DNA from: Dehalococcoidia bacterium
Lineage (GTDB): Bacteria; Chloroflexota; Dehalococcoidia; Lucifugimonadales; G963668185
DNA: 64,000 nt
Reading direction: 5' to 3'
Assembly (NCBI GenBank): GCA_963668185.1
Contig: OY764162.1
Location: forward strand, 530,800-594,799
How positions within the stretch are numbered: the first letter of the stretch is position 1; each line of letters starts with the position of its first letter. Positions 55,011 through 63,933 of this stretch are shown here, piece after piece. Position numbers and translations under genes: made by a program. The notes beneath the pieces are model-generated. The model did no database searches, was not told the DNA's origin, and was given only the letters and a program-made list of their open reading frames with translations.

Positions 55011-56297
55011 CTACCTTCCCAGCCGCTCGACTGCGTCGTCGAACGCCGCGAGCGTTGCCTTCACGTCCTTGTCGTCGTGTGCCGTCGAAAGATAGAACTT
55101 CGAGCCGCCTTTGTAGATGCCGTTCTCGCGCAGCAGCCCGTTGAACTCGTTCTTCTTGTCGTCGTCCGCCCTCATGGTCCCGCGGTGGTCAACGATGTCC
55201 TCCTGGGTGAAGTACACGTCGAACATGACGTTTTCGCCGATCACCTTTGCCGGGATCTCAGCCACGTCCAGCCGCTCCTGCAGGCCTTCCCGCAGCGTCC
55301 TTCCCACCGCCTCCTTGCGTTCGTAAGTCCCCTCGCGCTTCAGTATGTTCAGCGTTGCGAGACCGGCCGCAGACGCGATCGGGTTGCCGTTGAGCGTGCC
55401 CGCCTGGGGCAGGGACTTTCCGCTGGGCATGCCGGCCTGGTCGAAGTGGGCCATGATCTCGTCGCGGCCTGCCACCGCCGTCAGCGGGTGCCCGCCGCCG
55501 ACCGCCTTGCCGAGCGTGCAGAGGTCCGGCGTGACGCCGTAATACTCCTGCGCGCCGCCGTAGCCCAGTCTGAACCCCGTAACGACCTCGTCGAAGATCA
55601 GTGGAATCTCGTACTGGTTCGTAATCTCGCGAAGTCCCGCCAGGAAGCCGGTCACGGGCAGGATCAGCCTCTGCATCGGCTCCACGATCACTCCGCCGAT
55701 CTCGTCGTGGTACTGCTCGACGATTGCGGCGGTCGTCTCGAGGTCGTTGAACGGCGCGACCAGCACCTCGTCCTCCACAGACTTCGGGATGCCGGCCGAG
55801 TTGGGCTCAGCCTGCGGATAGTCCAGTTGCTCGGTCGGGAAGATGCTCATCATGGCATGGTCGTTCATGCCGTGGTATGCGCCGTCGAACTTGAGGATCT
55901 TATCGCGGCCCCGGAACGCCCTGGCCGCGCGCATCGCGAACATCGTGGCCTCCGTGCCGGTGCAGCAGAACCGCACCTTGTCCGCGCACGCGACGGCGTT
56001 GACAACCTCCTCCGCGAGCAGCACCGTCTCCTCGGTAGCGCCGAAGAAGGTGCTGCCGGTCTCGAGCTGGTTGCGCACCGCCTCGACCACTTCCGGGTGC
56101 GCGTGCCCAACGATCATCGGGCCGGAGCCGAGCAGATAGTCGATGTACTCGTTGCCGCTGGCGTCCCAGATATGGCTGCCACGGCCGCCGCCGACTATGA
56201 ATCCTCTTGACCCGTGGCCGGTCGACCCGCCGGGAAAGTAAGCGTCGGCCTTCCTGACCAGTTCCTGTTCGTGGTCGGACACGTATCGTTCTGCCAT
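55011..56297 (-). CDS. Class III aminotransferase (glutamate-1-semialdehyde aminomutase-like paralog)
   Basis: YIDYLLGSGPMIVGHAHPEVVEAV and the overall HemL-like layout are present. The HemL N-terminal GGVNSPVRAF motif is replaced by GGSTGHGSRGF, so I do not call it hemL. Confidence 0.8.
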   Translation of the reverse strand: MAERYVSDHEQELVRKADAYFPGGSTGHGSRGFIVGGGRGSHIWDASGNEYIDYLLGSGPMIVGHAHPEVVEAVRNQLETGSTFFGATEETVLLAEEVVNAVACADKVRFCCTGTEATMFAMRAARAFRGRDKILKFDGAYHGMNDHAMMSIFPTEQLDYPQAEPNSAGIPKSVEDEVLVAPFNDLETTAAIVEQYHDEIGGVIVEPMQRLILPVTGFLAGLREITNQYEIPLIFDEVVTGFRLGYGGAQEYYGVTPDLCTLGKAVGGGHPLTAVAGRDEIMAHFDQAGMPSGKSLPQAGTLNGNPIASAAGLATLNILKREGTYERKEAVGRTLREGLQERLDVAEIPAKVIGENVMFDVYFTQEDIVDHRGTMRADDDKKNEFNGLLRENGIYKGGSKFYLSTAHDDKDVKATLAAFDDAVERLGR

Positions 56298-56363
56298 CTC
56301 GTTCTCCCTTATGGTGTGTGGTGCTGAGTGCGATTATACAGTGGAGGGCCGCGCCGAACGCGC

Positions 56364-56642
56364 CTATCTCTTCTCTGCCAATCGCCCCGACAGGTATTTG
56401 TGGATCACGCTGGAAAGCAGGGTCTGGTACGGGATGCCTTCCTCCCTTGCGCGTGAGTGGGCGAGCGAAAAGTCCCTCTCGGTCATCCGCAGGTTCACGC
56501 GGCGGGTCTTGTTGAACGTGTTCCTGGCCGCCTGCCGCGCGGCCTGCATTTCGCCTTCGGCGTTGGCGATGGACACGAGCCGGCCGCGCTCGAACGCTTC
56601 TAGTATCTCCTGTTCTTCTTCGGTCATGCTGTCTTTCATCAT
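56364..56642 (-). CDS. brnA: BrnA-type (CopG/RHH) antitoxin
   Basis: EEEQEILEAFERG...VNLRMTERDFSLAHSRAREEGIPYQTLLSSVIHKYLSG is the typical BrnA layout. It overlaps the upstream toxin gene by 4 nt. Confidence 0.75.
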   Translation of the reverse strand: MMKDSMTEEEQEILEAFERGRLVSIANAEGEMQAARQAARNTFNKTRRVNLRMTERDFSLAHSRAREEGIPYQTLLSSVIHKYLSGRLAEKR

Positions 56643-56971
56643 TGTTGCTTCCTCCGGTAGCTCTTCGTAGCCTTGCTGCTCGGTATTATTGTTTTTAGAA
56701 AGCGTGTGCCGTCTGCCTCTAGGATAAATGGGACTAGATAGACGTAGTTTCCCATGTCCACTACGTAGATTAACTGCCCCGGGTAGCGCTCCTGGTTAGG
56801 ATGTTCTAAGACGTCTAGCAGCCCGCCTTGCTCAATGGCGGAGACCATGAGTTCAAAAGACACGCCTCTGGTACTGCGGAGAAGCTGGTCCTTGTCCGTA
56901 CTCCAGTCGTAACCCTCGCCCCGAATGTTATCATAGTACAATGTACACCCACTATAACACAATGTATGCAC
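56639..56971 (-). CDS. brnT: BrnT-like (DUF497) ribonuclease toxin
   Basis: YDWSTDKDQLLRSTRGVSFELMVSAI...ERYPGQLIYVV...RFLKTIIPSSKATKSY follows the BrnT pattern (W..K...N..HG.SFE ... R.IS.R.A...E...Y). The start is ambiguous (GTG 56971, TTG 56962 or TTG 56941). GC is only about 45-50%. Confidence 0.6.
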   Translation of the reverse strand: MHTLCYSGCTLYYDNIRGEGYDWSTDKDQLLRSTRGVSFELMVSAIEQGGLLDVLEHPNQERYPGQLIYVVDMGNYVYLVPFILEADGTRFLKTIIPSSKATKSYRRKQQ

Positions 56972-57030
56972 TTTGTCATCAAGGACACCGTTTGTTGACT
57001 CGTCAAGCGAGCATTGCCAGCGGTTCCGTT

Positions 57031-57055
57031 TCGTTCGTGGTGAGCTTGTCGAACC
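57031..57055 (-). repeat. 25-nt dispersed repeat GGTTCGACAAGCTCACCACGAACGA (copy 2, reverse orientation)
   Basis: It is the exact reverse complement of 10873..10897 and lies about 60 nt upstream of the brnT start on the brnTA coding strand. Confidence 0.8.
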
Positions 57056-57205
57056 ATGAGCGGGCTGCTGGCCGCTATTCTAGGTCATCGCCTGTAACGA
57101 AACGGAACCCTGACAGCCGAGGCCCTCTGTGGGGTGCCAGCTAGCTTTGCTTCCTTTACGGGTGCAGGGCCATGCCCTGCCTGTGCTAAAATCAGACCGT
57201 CTCGC

Positions 57206-57283
57206 GGTGAGTGTGGCCAAGAGGTTTAAGGCGCCAGGTTGTGGCCCTGGAGATCGAGGGTTCGAATCCCTTCACTCACCCCA
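57206..57283 (+). tRNA. tRNA-His (anticodon GTG)
   Basis: Hand-folded cloverleaf. Acceptor GTGAGTG/CACTCAC; an encoded G-1 opposite C73; anticodon stem CCAGG/CCTGG with loop TTGTGGC; T arm GAGGG-TTCGAAT-CCCTT; encoded CCA. Confidence 0.85.
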
Positions 57284-57378
57284 CCCCTCACGTATCTACA
57301 GGACTCCGTCTTGTCGCTGTTGCCGGTCCGGCCTGCCGCCCACGCGGCTATCATGCCATAATTGAAGGTGCTCAGCGT

Positions 57379-57454
57379 GCGCCTGTAGCTCAACGGACAG
57401 AGCATCGGTCTTCGGAACCGAGGGTTGCGGGTTCGAATCCTGCCAGGCGCGCCA
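57379..57454 (+). tRNA. tRNA-Arg (anticodon TCG)
   Basis: Hand-folded cloverleaf. Acceptor GCGCCTG/CAGGCGC; D arm GCTC-AACGGACA-GAGC; anticodon stem TCGGT/ACCGA with loop CTTCGGA; T arm GCGGG-TTCGAAT-CCTGC; encoded CCA. 76 nt. Confidence 0.9.
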
Positions 57455-57527
57455 CCCACGCCGGGAACTTTTATGCGTCTGCCGTCGTCTCTATCACAGT
57501 AACGCTTCAAATCCTTGAGGTACTGAC

Positions 57528-60500
57528 GTGATCCAAAAGAACGTGCTGACCCTGCTGACCCGAAGTGGGATTCTTGCTTTCATTCTCATCGGCCTTCTGG
57601 CTGGCGCGGTGTCGTGCGGCGACGAGCCCCAAGCCCCTGAAGACGGGGCCCCCACGATCAAGACCATCTCCGTGTCTCCGACGCCAACGCCCGGAGCGAG
57701 CGTAGATGTCGGCGCCGAAGTGCCGGAGGAGCCGGCAACCGCAACGCCGCAGCCCGCAGACCCGTCAGTCGCAACACCGCAGCCTGAGACGTACCCGCCC
57801 GCCGACGGCTACGTAGCCGCCGTTCCGAGCACGCTCCGCTCCGGGTACCCGGAGAAGGTGTCCGTGTCCCTCTTCCACGGCGTGAACCCCGCTCGCGGCC
57901 GGATCGATCTGAGGCTGCTTAACGGTGCCGGCGGGGATACCGTCGCGACGGGGTCTGGGGAGGTCGCGGGCAGCGGCGCGGTCGAGTTGCGGGTTCCTGA
58001 CGTTCCTGAAGGCATCTACACAATCGAAGTCTCAGTCGAGGGCATTCCCGCACCGGAACGCGCCCAGGTCGCCGTGGAGAAGGGCGCGTTCGTGCTCCTG
58101 GAGACCGACAAGCCCATATACAAGCCGGGCCAGACCGTGCGCATTCGCCTCATGACGCTAGACCTTGATCTGAAGCCCTGGCCCTCCGACGTGACCGTGG
58201 AGGTGCAGGACGCGAAGGGCATCAAGGTGTTCAAGCAGGCCGCAACCACCGACGAGTACGGCATGGCCACCGTGGACCTCCCCTTGTCTTCCGAGCCCAA
58301 CACCGGCGTGTGGAAGGTCGTCGCCCTCATGGATGATCGGCGCGCGCAGGTCGATGTCCGCGTGGAGCCGTACGTGCTTCCCAAGTTCGAAGTCGCCGTT
58401 GAGACGACGAAAAGCTGGGTGCTGGCGGACGAGAAGGTCGAAGGAACGGTGAGCGCCGAGTACACGTTCGGCAAGCCGGTCGTCGGCGAGGTGGAAATAG
58501 TAGCCTCGCGGTACGTCGGCCAGTGGGAAGAGTACGCCCGCTATTCGGCCGGACTCGATGCCGAGACCGCCTTCGAGCTTCCTCCCGTGCGGTACGCCTC
58601 CGGCGTCCCCGCCGCGCAGGGGCAGGGCAACGTGAGCCTGGAAGTCACGGTCAGGGAGAAGGGCACAGGCTACGAAGAGACTATAACGAAGCTGCTGACG
58701 GTCGCGTCCGGCCCAACCAACCTGAGCCTCGTCCCTGAGAGCGCGGTCTTCAAGCCAACGCTGCCCCTTCAGGTTCTCGTGATTGCCGAGTCCCCGGACG
58801 GCGCCCCCGTTGACCGCGACGTTAGGGTTGAGGTGGTGTACATCGACGAGGACTTCGAGGAGTTTGGCCGTGAGACGGCCACGGTCTCAACGACCGGCGG
58901 CGCGGGCACGTTCGAGGTGACGGCGCCTCGAAACGCCGTCGCGATGACGCTGGAGGCCAGCGCGGACGGCGCTTACGACGGGATGCTGCTCCAGGCAGGA
59001 CGCTCGATATCCGGCGACTTCATCCACGTGCGGCAGATCACCGAGGGCGAAATCGGCGTGGGCGACCCCATCCGCTTCCGCATCTACTCCACTGCGGGGC
59101 CGGGCAACGTGTACTACGAAGTGCTGTCTCGCGGCTCCGTGCTCTTCTCAGACTTCACGGCCACGCAGTACATCGATCTTACCGCCACGCAGTTGATGGC
59201 GCCGGCCTCCAGGCTGCTCGTGTACCGGATACTGCCGAACAACGAGATCGCCGCGGACCAGTTGCCGTTCTCGGTGTCTGCCGACTACCCGCATAGCGTC
59301 GAGGCGGCGTTCAGCGAGACCGAGGTCAGGCCGGGCGAGAGCCTGGACCTGAACGTCTCCACCCAGGGTGAGGCGAGGGTGGGCCTCGCCGCCGTCGACA
59401 GGTCAGTCTTCGTGCTCGCGGGCAACAGGCTCAACCTACAGCAGGTGATGGACGAGCTCGAACGCTTGTACATGGAACCCCAGGTGGAACTGCACGAAGC
59501 CTGGTTCCCGGACACGATCACCACCAAGGGCGCGCAGGAAACGTTCGAGGACGCGGGCGTGGTGGTGCTCACCAACATGACCGTGCCCTCCGGCGAGCAG
59601 TTGCAGAACGAACTCATGTGGGAAGCTGCCATCGCCGAAGCGGCTGTGATGGATGATAGCGTTGAGGTGGAAGAAGCGTTTCCCGCCGAATCTGGGCAGC
59701 CGCCCTCTGATACGTCGTCGGATGCCGGCCTCGCCGAAGTCCAGCGTGTACGGCAGTTCTTCCCGGAGACCTGGCTCTGGACCGACCTGTCCACGGACGA
59801 GTCCGGAGAGGCCACACTGCCCGTGGAAGCGCCGGACTCCATAACGACGTGGATGCTCCGCGCCGTCGCCATATCGAAAGAGCACGGCCTCGGCGTCGAC
59901 GAGTCGCGCCTCACTGTGTTCCAGCCGTTCTTCGTCCAGCCGAACCTCCCGTACTCCGTCATACGGGGCGAGGAAACTCCGGTGAAGCTCGCCCTCTACA
60001 ACTATCTGGACGAGCAGCAGGAGATTTTCGTCACCATCGGCGAAGAGGACTGGTTCGAGCTTCTGGACGACGACGCGAAATCTGTCACCGTGGCTCCGAA
60101 CGATGTTGCCGGCCTGCAGTTCAAGATTCGTCCGACCCTGCTCGGCAATGAGCCTCTGACCGTGACCGCCAGGAGCGCCGAGGCCGCCGACGCCGTGTCG
60201 AAGCGGCTGCTCGTGCTGCCGGAGGGTGTGAGCAGGGAGACGGTCGTCAACCTCGTCCTGTCCGGCACCGGCAGCGTCGAGCTTGCCTCGTCCGTGCCGC
60301 TGGGCGCGGTCGAAGGATCGGGCCGCCGGTACGTTGCGGTCACCGGCAGCTATCTGACCCAATCCATCGAGGGACTGGAGAACCTGCTCCAGATGTCGTT
60401 CGGCTGCGGAGAGCAGAACATGATCCTCTTCGCGCCCAACGTGTTCGTGGCCAAGTACCTGCGCGACACCGGCCAACTCAAGCCGGAGATCATGGCGAGG

Positions 60501-61847
60501 GCCGAGCACCTGATGACCACCGGCTACCAGCGACAGCTGACCTACATGCGAAACGACGGCAGCTTCTCGGCGTTCGGACAGTCGGACCCCGAGGGCAGCC
60601 TGTGGCTGACCGCCTTCGTGCTCAAGACCTTCTCGCAGGCCCGCAGCCTGCTCTACATAGACGAGGCTGTGCTGGACGGAGCCGCGCGCTGGATCCTCGA
60701 CCACCAGCGCCCGGACGGCAGCTTCGAGCCTGTTGGCTTCCTGCACCACCAGGAGCTGCTTGGCGGCCTGCGCGGCAACACCGCCCTCACCGCGTTCGTC
60801 GCTGTCGCCCTCATGGAGGCGGGCGGCGGGGGCGCGGCCAACGCCGCGGTCAGCTACCTGGAAGTCCAACTCGATTCCATTGAAGACCCGTACGCGATGG
60901 CGCTCACCGCTTACGCGCTCGAACTGGCGGACAGCGCGTCCGCAGACAAGGCGCACGACAAGCTCATGAGCATGGCCACGGCGGACGAAGACGGCCTGTC
61001 CTGGCAGGACGGCGCCGCAATCCCCGAGCCGTACGGGATAGGCGTCGGCCCTGGCAGCGCGTCGGTGGAGACCACAGGGTACGCCACGCTCGCCCTGCTG
61101 GAGCGCGGCGACGCGTTCAACGCCGGGCGCGCCGCCAAATGGCTGACCACCCGGCGCAACTCCCACGGCGGCTTCGACTCCACGCAGGACACCGTCGTCG
61201 CGCTCCAGGCGCTAGCCGCCTTCTCCACCCACGCCGCGCAGGACGTGGACGTGGCTGTGCGGCTGGAGTCCGGCGACTGGTCCCAGACCGTCAGCGTCAC
61301 GCCCGGGAACGCCGACGTACTGCAACTCGTCCAGGTCCCGGGCAACGCGCCGGTCACCGCGCGCCACGAGGGCAGGGGCGAGGTTGTGCTCCAGTACGTG
61401 GTCAGGTTCAACCTGCCGGAGCCGGAACGGACCGCGCCGGACATCTTCGATATAGACGTGACTTACGACACGAGCGAGGTCGAGGTTGACGACCTGATCA
61501 CCGTCTCCGTGGACGTCCTGTTCGACCCGCCCCAAGATATCATGGCCGGCATGGTCGTGCTGGACGTGTCCGTGCCCACCGGCTTCGACCCGGTCCGCGA
61601 AACCATCGCCGCGCTGGTCGAGTCGAACGAGAACGTGAAGCGCTACGAAGTGGCCGGCCGCAAGATCATCCTCTACATCGAAGACATGTCGCCCGGCGAA
61701 TCGGTCTCGTTCGAGTTCCAGGCCAGGGCCAGGTACCCCGTCGAGGCAAAGGGCGTCGCCTCCCGCGCCTACTCCTACTACCGCCCAGAATGGCAGGGCG
61801 AAACCCTGAGCGCCGGCATGGTAATCGCGGAGGGCGGGAACGACTAG
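57528..61847 (+). CDS. Alpha-2-macroglobulin family lipoprotein with thioester
   Basis: 1439 aa with a lipobox (LLAGAVSCG). FFPETWLW (59757-59780) follows an acidic, Ser-rich bait-like segment. The thioester motif GCGEQNM has its CGEQ codons at 60405-60416. The helical TED region contains LWLTAFVLK. Confidence 0.9.
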   Translation: MIQKNVLTLLTRSGILAFILIGLLAGAVSCGDEPQAPEDGAPTIKTISVSPTPTPGASVDVGAEVPEEPATATPQPADPSVATPQPETYPPADGYVAAVPSTLRSGYPEKVSVSLFHGVNPARGRIDLRLLNGAGGDTVATGSGEVAGSGAVELRVPDVPEGIYTIEVSVEGIPAPERAQVAVEKGAFVLLETDKPIYKPGQTVRIRLMTLDLDLKPWPSDVTVEVQDAKGIKVFKQAATTDEYGMATVDLPLSSEPNTGVWKVVALMDDRRAQVDVRVEPYVLPKFEVAVETTKSWVLADEKVEGTVSAEYTFGKPVVGEVEIVASRYVGQWEEYARYSAGLDAETAFELPPVRYASGVPAAQGQGNVSLEVTVREKGTGYEETITKLLTVASGPTNLSLVPESAVFKPTLPLQVLVIAESPDGAPVDRDVRVEVVYIDEDFEEFGRETATVSTTGGAGTFEVTAPRNAVAMTLEASADGAYDGMLLQAGRSISGDFIHVRQITEGEIGVGDPIRFRIYSTAGPGNVYYEVLSRGSVLFSDFTATQYIDLTATQLMAPASRLLVYRILPNNEIAADQLPFSVSADYPHSVEAAFSETEVRPGESLDLNVSTQGEARVGLAAVDRSVFVLAGNRLNLQQVMDELERLYMEPQVELHEAWFPDTITTKGAQETFEDAGVVVLTNMTVPSGEQLQNELMWEAAIAEAAVMDDSVEVEEAFPAESGQPPSDTSSDAGLAEVQRVRQFFPETWLWTDLSTDESGEATLPVEAPDSITTWMLRAVAISKEHGLGVDESRLTVFQPFFVQPNLPYSVIRGEETPVKLALYNYLDEQQEIFVTIGEEDWFELLDDDAKSVTVAPNDVAGLQFKIRPTLLGNEPLTVTARSAEAADAVSKRLLVLPEGVSRETVVNLVLSGTGSVELASSVPLGAVEGSGRRYVAVTGSYLTQSIEGLENLLQMSFGCGEQNMILFAPNVFVAKYLRDTGQLKPEIMARAEHLMTTGYQRQLTYMRNDGSFSAFGQSDPEGSLWLTAFVLKTFSQARSLLYIDEAVLDGAARWILDHQRPDGSFEPVGFLHHQELLGGLRGNTALTAFVAVALMEAGGGGAANAAVSYLEVQLDSIEDPYAMALTAYALELADSASADKAHDKLMSMATADEDGLSWQDGAAIPEPYGIGVGPGSASVETTGYATLALLERGDAFNAGRAAKWLTTRRNSHGGFDSTQDTVVALQALAAFSTHAAQDVDVAVRLESGDWSQTVSVTPGNADVLQLVQVPGNAPVTARHEGRGEVVLQYVVRFNLPEPERTAPDIFDIDVTYDTSEVEVDDLITVSVDVLFDPPQDIMAGMVVLDVSVPTGFDPVRETIAALVESNENVKRYEVAGRKIILYIEDMSPGESVSFEFQARARYPVEAKGVASRAYSYYRPEWQGETLSAGMVIAEGGND

Positions 61848-61908
61848 CCAGGGCCGCAAGACAGTCTCGCGCAGGCGGGAATCTAGCAGCAATGACGCCG
61901 AGCAGCGC

Positions 61909-62208
61909 CTATATCACGCCGGGCGCGGCGAACCGCTTCACCTTCAGGGTGGCCGCACGCTCCCGAGCTTGCCACAGGTCGTAAGCCGTCTGCATCCCAA
62001 GCCAGGTCTCCGGCGAGGAACCGAACGCCATTGACAGGCGAAAGGCCATGTCCACAGACACTCCTGCCTTGCAGTTAACGAGATCCGACAGGGCCTGCCG
62101 TGTTACGCCGAGACCCTGGGCCGCCTCGGTTACGGTAAGGTCGAGCGGCTCCAGGCAAAGACGTTTCACAATTCCACCGGGATGAACAGGGTTGTGCATA
62201 GTAATCAT
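61909..62208 (-). CDS. higA: HigA-family antitoxin (HTH_XRE)
   Basis: NPVHPGGIVKRLCLEPLDLTVTEAAQGLGVTRQALSDLVNCKAGVSVDMAFRLSMAFGSSPETWLGMQTAYDLW is the canonical HigA pattern. Confidence 0.85.
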   Translation of the reverse strand: MITMHNPVHPGGIVKRLCLEPLDLTVTEAAQGLGVTRQALSDLVNCKAGVSVDMAFRLSMAFGSSPETWLGMQTAYDLWQARERAATLKVKRFAAPGVI

Positions 62209-62232
62209 TCTTTTGTACTTGAGCTATGACGG

Positions 62233-62532
62233 TTAGTGGTAGTCTAGATAATCGACATCACAGGCGCGACCGTCTTCAAACCTGAACGTAACTCTCCAAT
62301 TGCCCGAGACTGAGACCGAATAGCGATCTGCGGGCCTGCCTCTCAGTTTGTGAAAATCCAACCCCGGCACGTTCATATCGGAGGGCTTAGAGCTTTGATC
62401 CAGCATTGTGAGTATATCCCGCAATCTGACAACATGCCTCGGATCTACGCGAGACGTGTCTTCCTTCTCATACAGTCGTTTTAGACCCCTGTGCCTGAAC
62501 GTGATGCCGGTTTCTGGTTCCTGGTTTGACAT
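62233..62532 (-). CDS. higB: HigB-type toxin (plasmid maintenance system killer, RelE/ParE superfamily)
   Basis: FRHRGLKRLYEKEDTSRVDPRHVVRLRDILTMLD...GNWRVTFRFEDGRACDVDYLDYH is the canonical HigB pattern. RBS GGAGG. The toxin lies upstream of the antitoxin, as in hig loci. Confidence 0.9.
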   Translation of the reverse strand: MSNQEPETGITFRHRGLKRLYEKEDTSRVDPRHVVRLRDILTMLDQSSKPSDMNVPGLDFHKLRGRPADRYSVSVSGNWRVTFRFEDGRACDVDYLDYH

Positions 62533-62795
62533 TTTGCCTCCGCGCTATTTTCTATACCGTCTTTGAAATTTGTCGTCATCGTCCTATCCTCCATCTACGG
62601 TACTTATACGTCTCTTTCACCTCTGTCACCATAACATAGTGTGTCGCCTGTCACTTGTCAATAGACGGGGTGCTCAAGTCAGATGTTCCCGCAATCTGCC
62701 CGGCCCGCATGTTAGCCTTGGGGGAGCAGGCCGGTTTACCCAAACGCACCCTGTACAAGGCCCAGAATGGCATAGCGCAGGAAAAGGAGGCATAG

Positions 62796-63659
62796 ATGCT
62801 CGCAGACCTCGTCGAAGTCACGACGCCCGAGGGCATCCCGTTAGCTGGAGCATACTTCGCACCCGACCCGGAGGCCCAATCCCACCCCATAGACGCGCTG
62901 CTGTACTTCCACGGAGACTCCGGCCACTTCTACAGCAGCCTGTACCTCTGGCTTGGCCAGCGCATGTCGGAGAAGGGCATCGCCTTCCTCACGGGCAATC
63001 GCCGCGGCCACGACCACGTTGCCAATGGCGTGAGGGGAGGGCCGCTTGCCGGCTACGCCTTCGAGTCGGTCAACGACTCGCGCGCCGACTTCGGGGCATG
63101 GCTCGAGCTGCTGCGGGAGCGTGGGCATCGACGCATAGCCATCGGCGGCCACAGCGGCGGTGCCGTGCGCGCCACGTACGCGCAGGCGATGGAGCAGTTC
63201 GACAATGTTGTCGCGGTCATCCCCGTGTCGCCGGGCGAGTACAACCATGAGGGAGTCGCCGCGCTGCACGGGGAGGACTTCTCCAGGCCGTTCCGGGAGT
63301 CGGAGCGGAACCTCGCCGAGGGCCGTCCCGACGTGCTGCTTCGTCCCGGCGTCCCTTGGGGTTCTACGTGGAGCGCCCGCGCCTATGTGGACTGTTTCAA
63401 TCAGGACAATCGCTACAGCGTGACCGTGCACGCTGCGAACACCGGCTGCCCCACGCACTTCATATTTGGCGGCATGGAGTGTGACGTCGGCGGGCCGGAG
63501 GAGCTCCCCGTCTGCGGCGCGGCCCGCCGCAGCCTTGCGGCGGCCGGCCACTCGCACGTGCAGATCACCGAGATCCCCGGCGCCAACCACGGCTACGCGG
63601 GCCGCGAGCAGCAACTCTTCGAGACCATGTACTCGTGGCTGGCATTCATTCAGAGTTGA
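62796..63659 (+). CDS. Alpha/beta hydrolase fold protein
   Basis: RBS AAAGGAGG. Nucleophile elbow GGHSGGA, a YFHGDSG oxyanion-like region, and a C-terminal His context (GANHGY). Confidence 0.7.
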   Translation: MLADLVEVTTPEGIPLAGAYFAPDPEAQSHPIDALLYFHGDSGHFYSSLYLWLGQRMSEKGIAFLTGNRRGHDHVANGVRGGPLAGYAFESVNDSRADFGAWLELLRERGHRRIAIGGHSGGAVRATYAQAMEQFDNVVAVIPVSPGEYNHEGVAALHGEDFSRPFRESERNLAEGRPDVLLRPGVPWGSTWSARAYVDCFNQDNRYSVTVHAANTGCPTHFIFGGMECDVGGPEELPVCGAARRSLAAAGHSHVQITEIPGANHGYAGREQQLFETMYSWLAFIQS

Positions 63660-63737
63660 TGTAATCCGGGAGTTGTCTCTCAAACGGTCGTTCTGAGCCA
63701 CTCGAGAGCCTGCCCTGCCCCATCCTGAGCACGCCGC

Positions 63738-63847
63738 CCGTTCACCCTGATCCCGTCGAAGGGCCTCCGCTTGTCCCCTCCCCAGCAGACTGGGGAAGGG
63801 ACGGATGGGGTCTCCCCCCTCCGTTCGCCCTGAGCCTGTCGAAGGGC
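63738..63847 (+). repeat. Composite intergenic repeat: 27-mer, hairpin, 27-mer
   Basis: CCGTTCACCCTGATCCCGTCGAAGGGC (63738-63764); hairpin CCCTCCCCAG-CAGA-CTGGGGAAGGG (63776-63800); CCGTTCGCCCTGAGCCTGTCGAAGGGC (63821-63847, exact). Confidence 0.75.
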
Positions 63848-63853
63848 CCCGCG

Positions 63854-63882
63854 TTGACCAGCCCCCGCCCGTGCCATACGAT
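63854..63882 (+). promoter_or_regulatory. Putative sigma70-type promoter of lipoprotein paralog 3
   Basis: TTGACC (63854-63859), a 17-nt spacer, then TACGAT (63877-63882). It is homologous to 36647-36676. Confidence 0.4.
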
Positions 63883-63933
63883 GCAGGCATCCGGCGTAGC
63901 GACTTCATTTAGCGCAGGCATCGGAGGCAGGCG

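Noticed and set aside
62670-62795. A short ORF ending at the alpha/beta hydrolase start (TAGATG), with the HTH-like peptide LGEQAGLPKRTLYKAQNG.
   Set aside because: It is only about 28-41 aa depending on the start codon, has no RBS, and is below the ORF-track threshold. It could be a remnant of a regulator, but the evidence is insufficient to call a gene.
57206-62800. A tRNA-integrated genomic island carrying A2M and HigBA.
   Set aside because: No integrase or excisionase is present, and I could not see a direct repeat of either tRNA 3' end downstream. The A2M gene has host-like GC. Only the weaker accretion-zone observation is kept in the findings.
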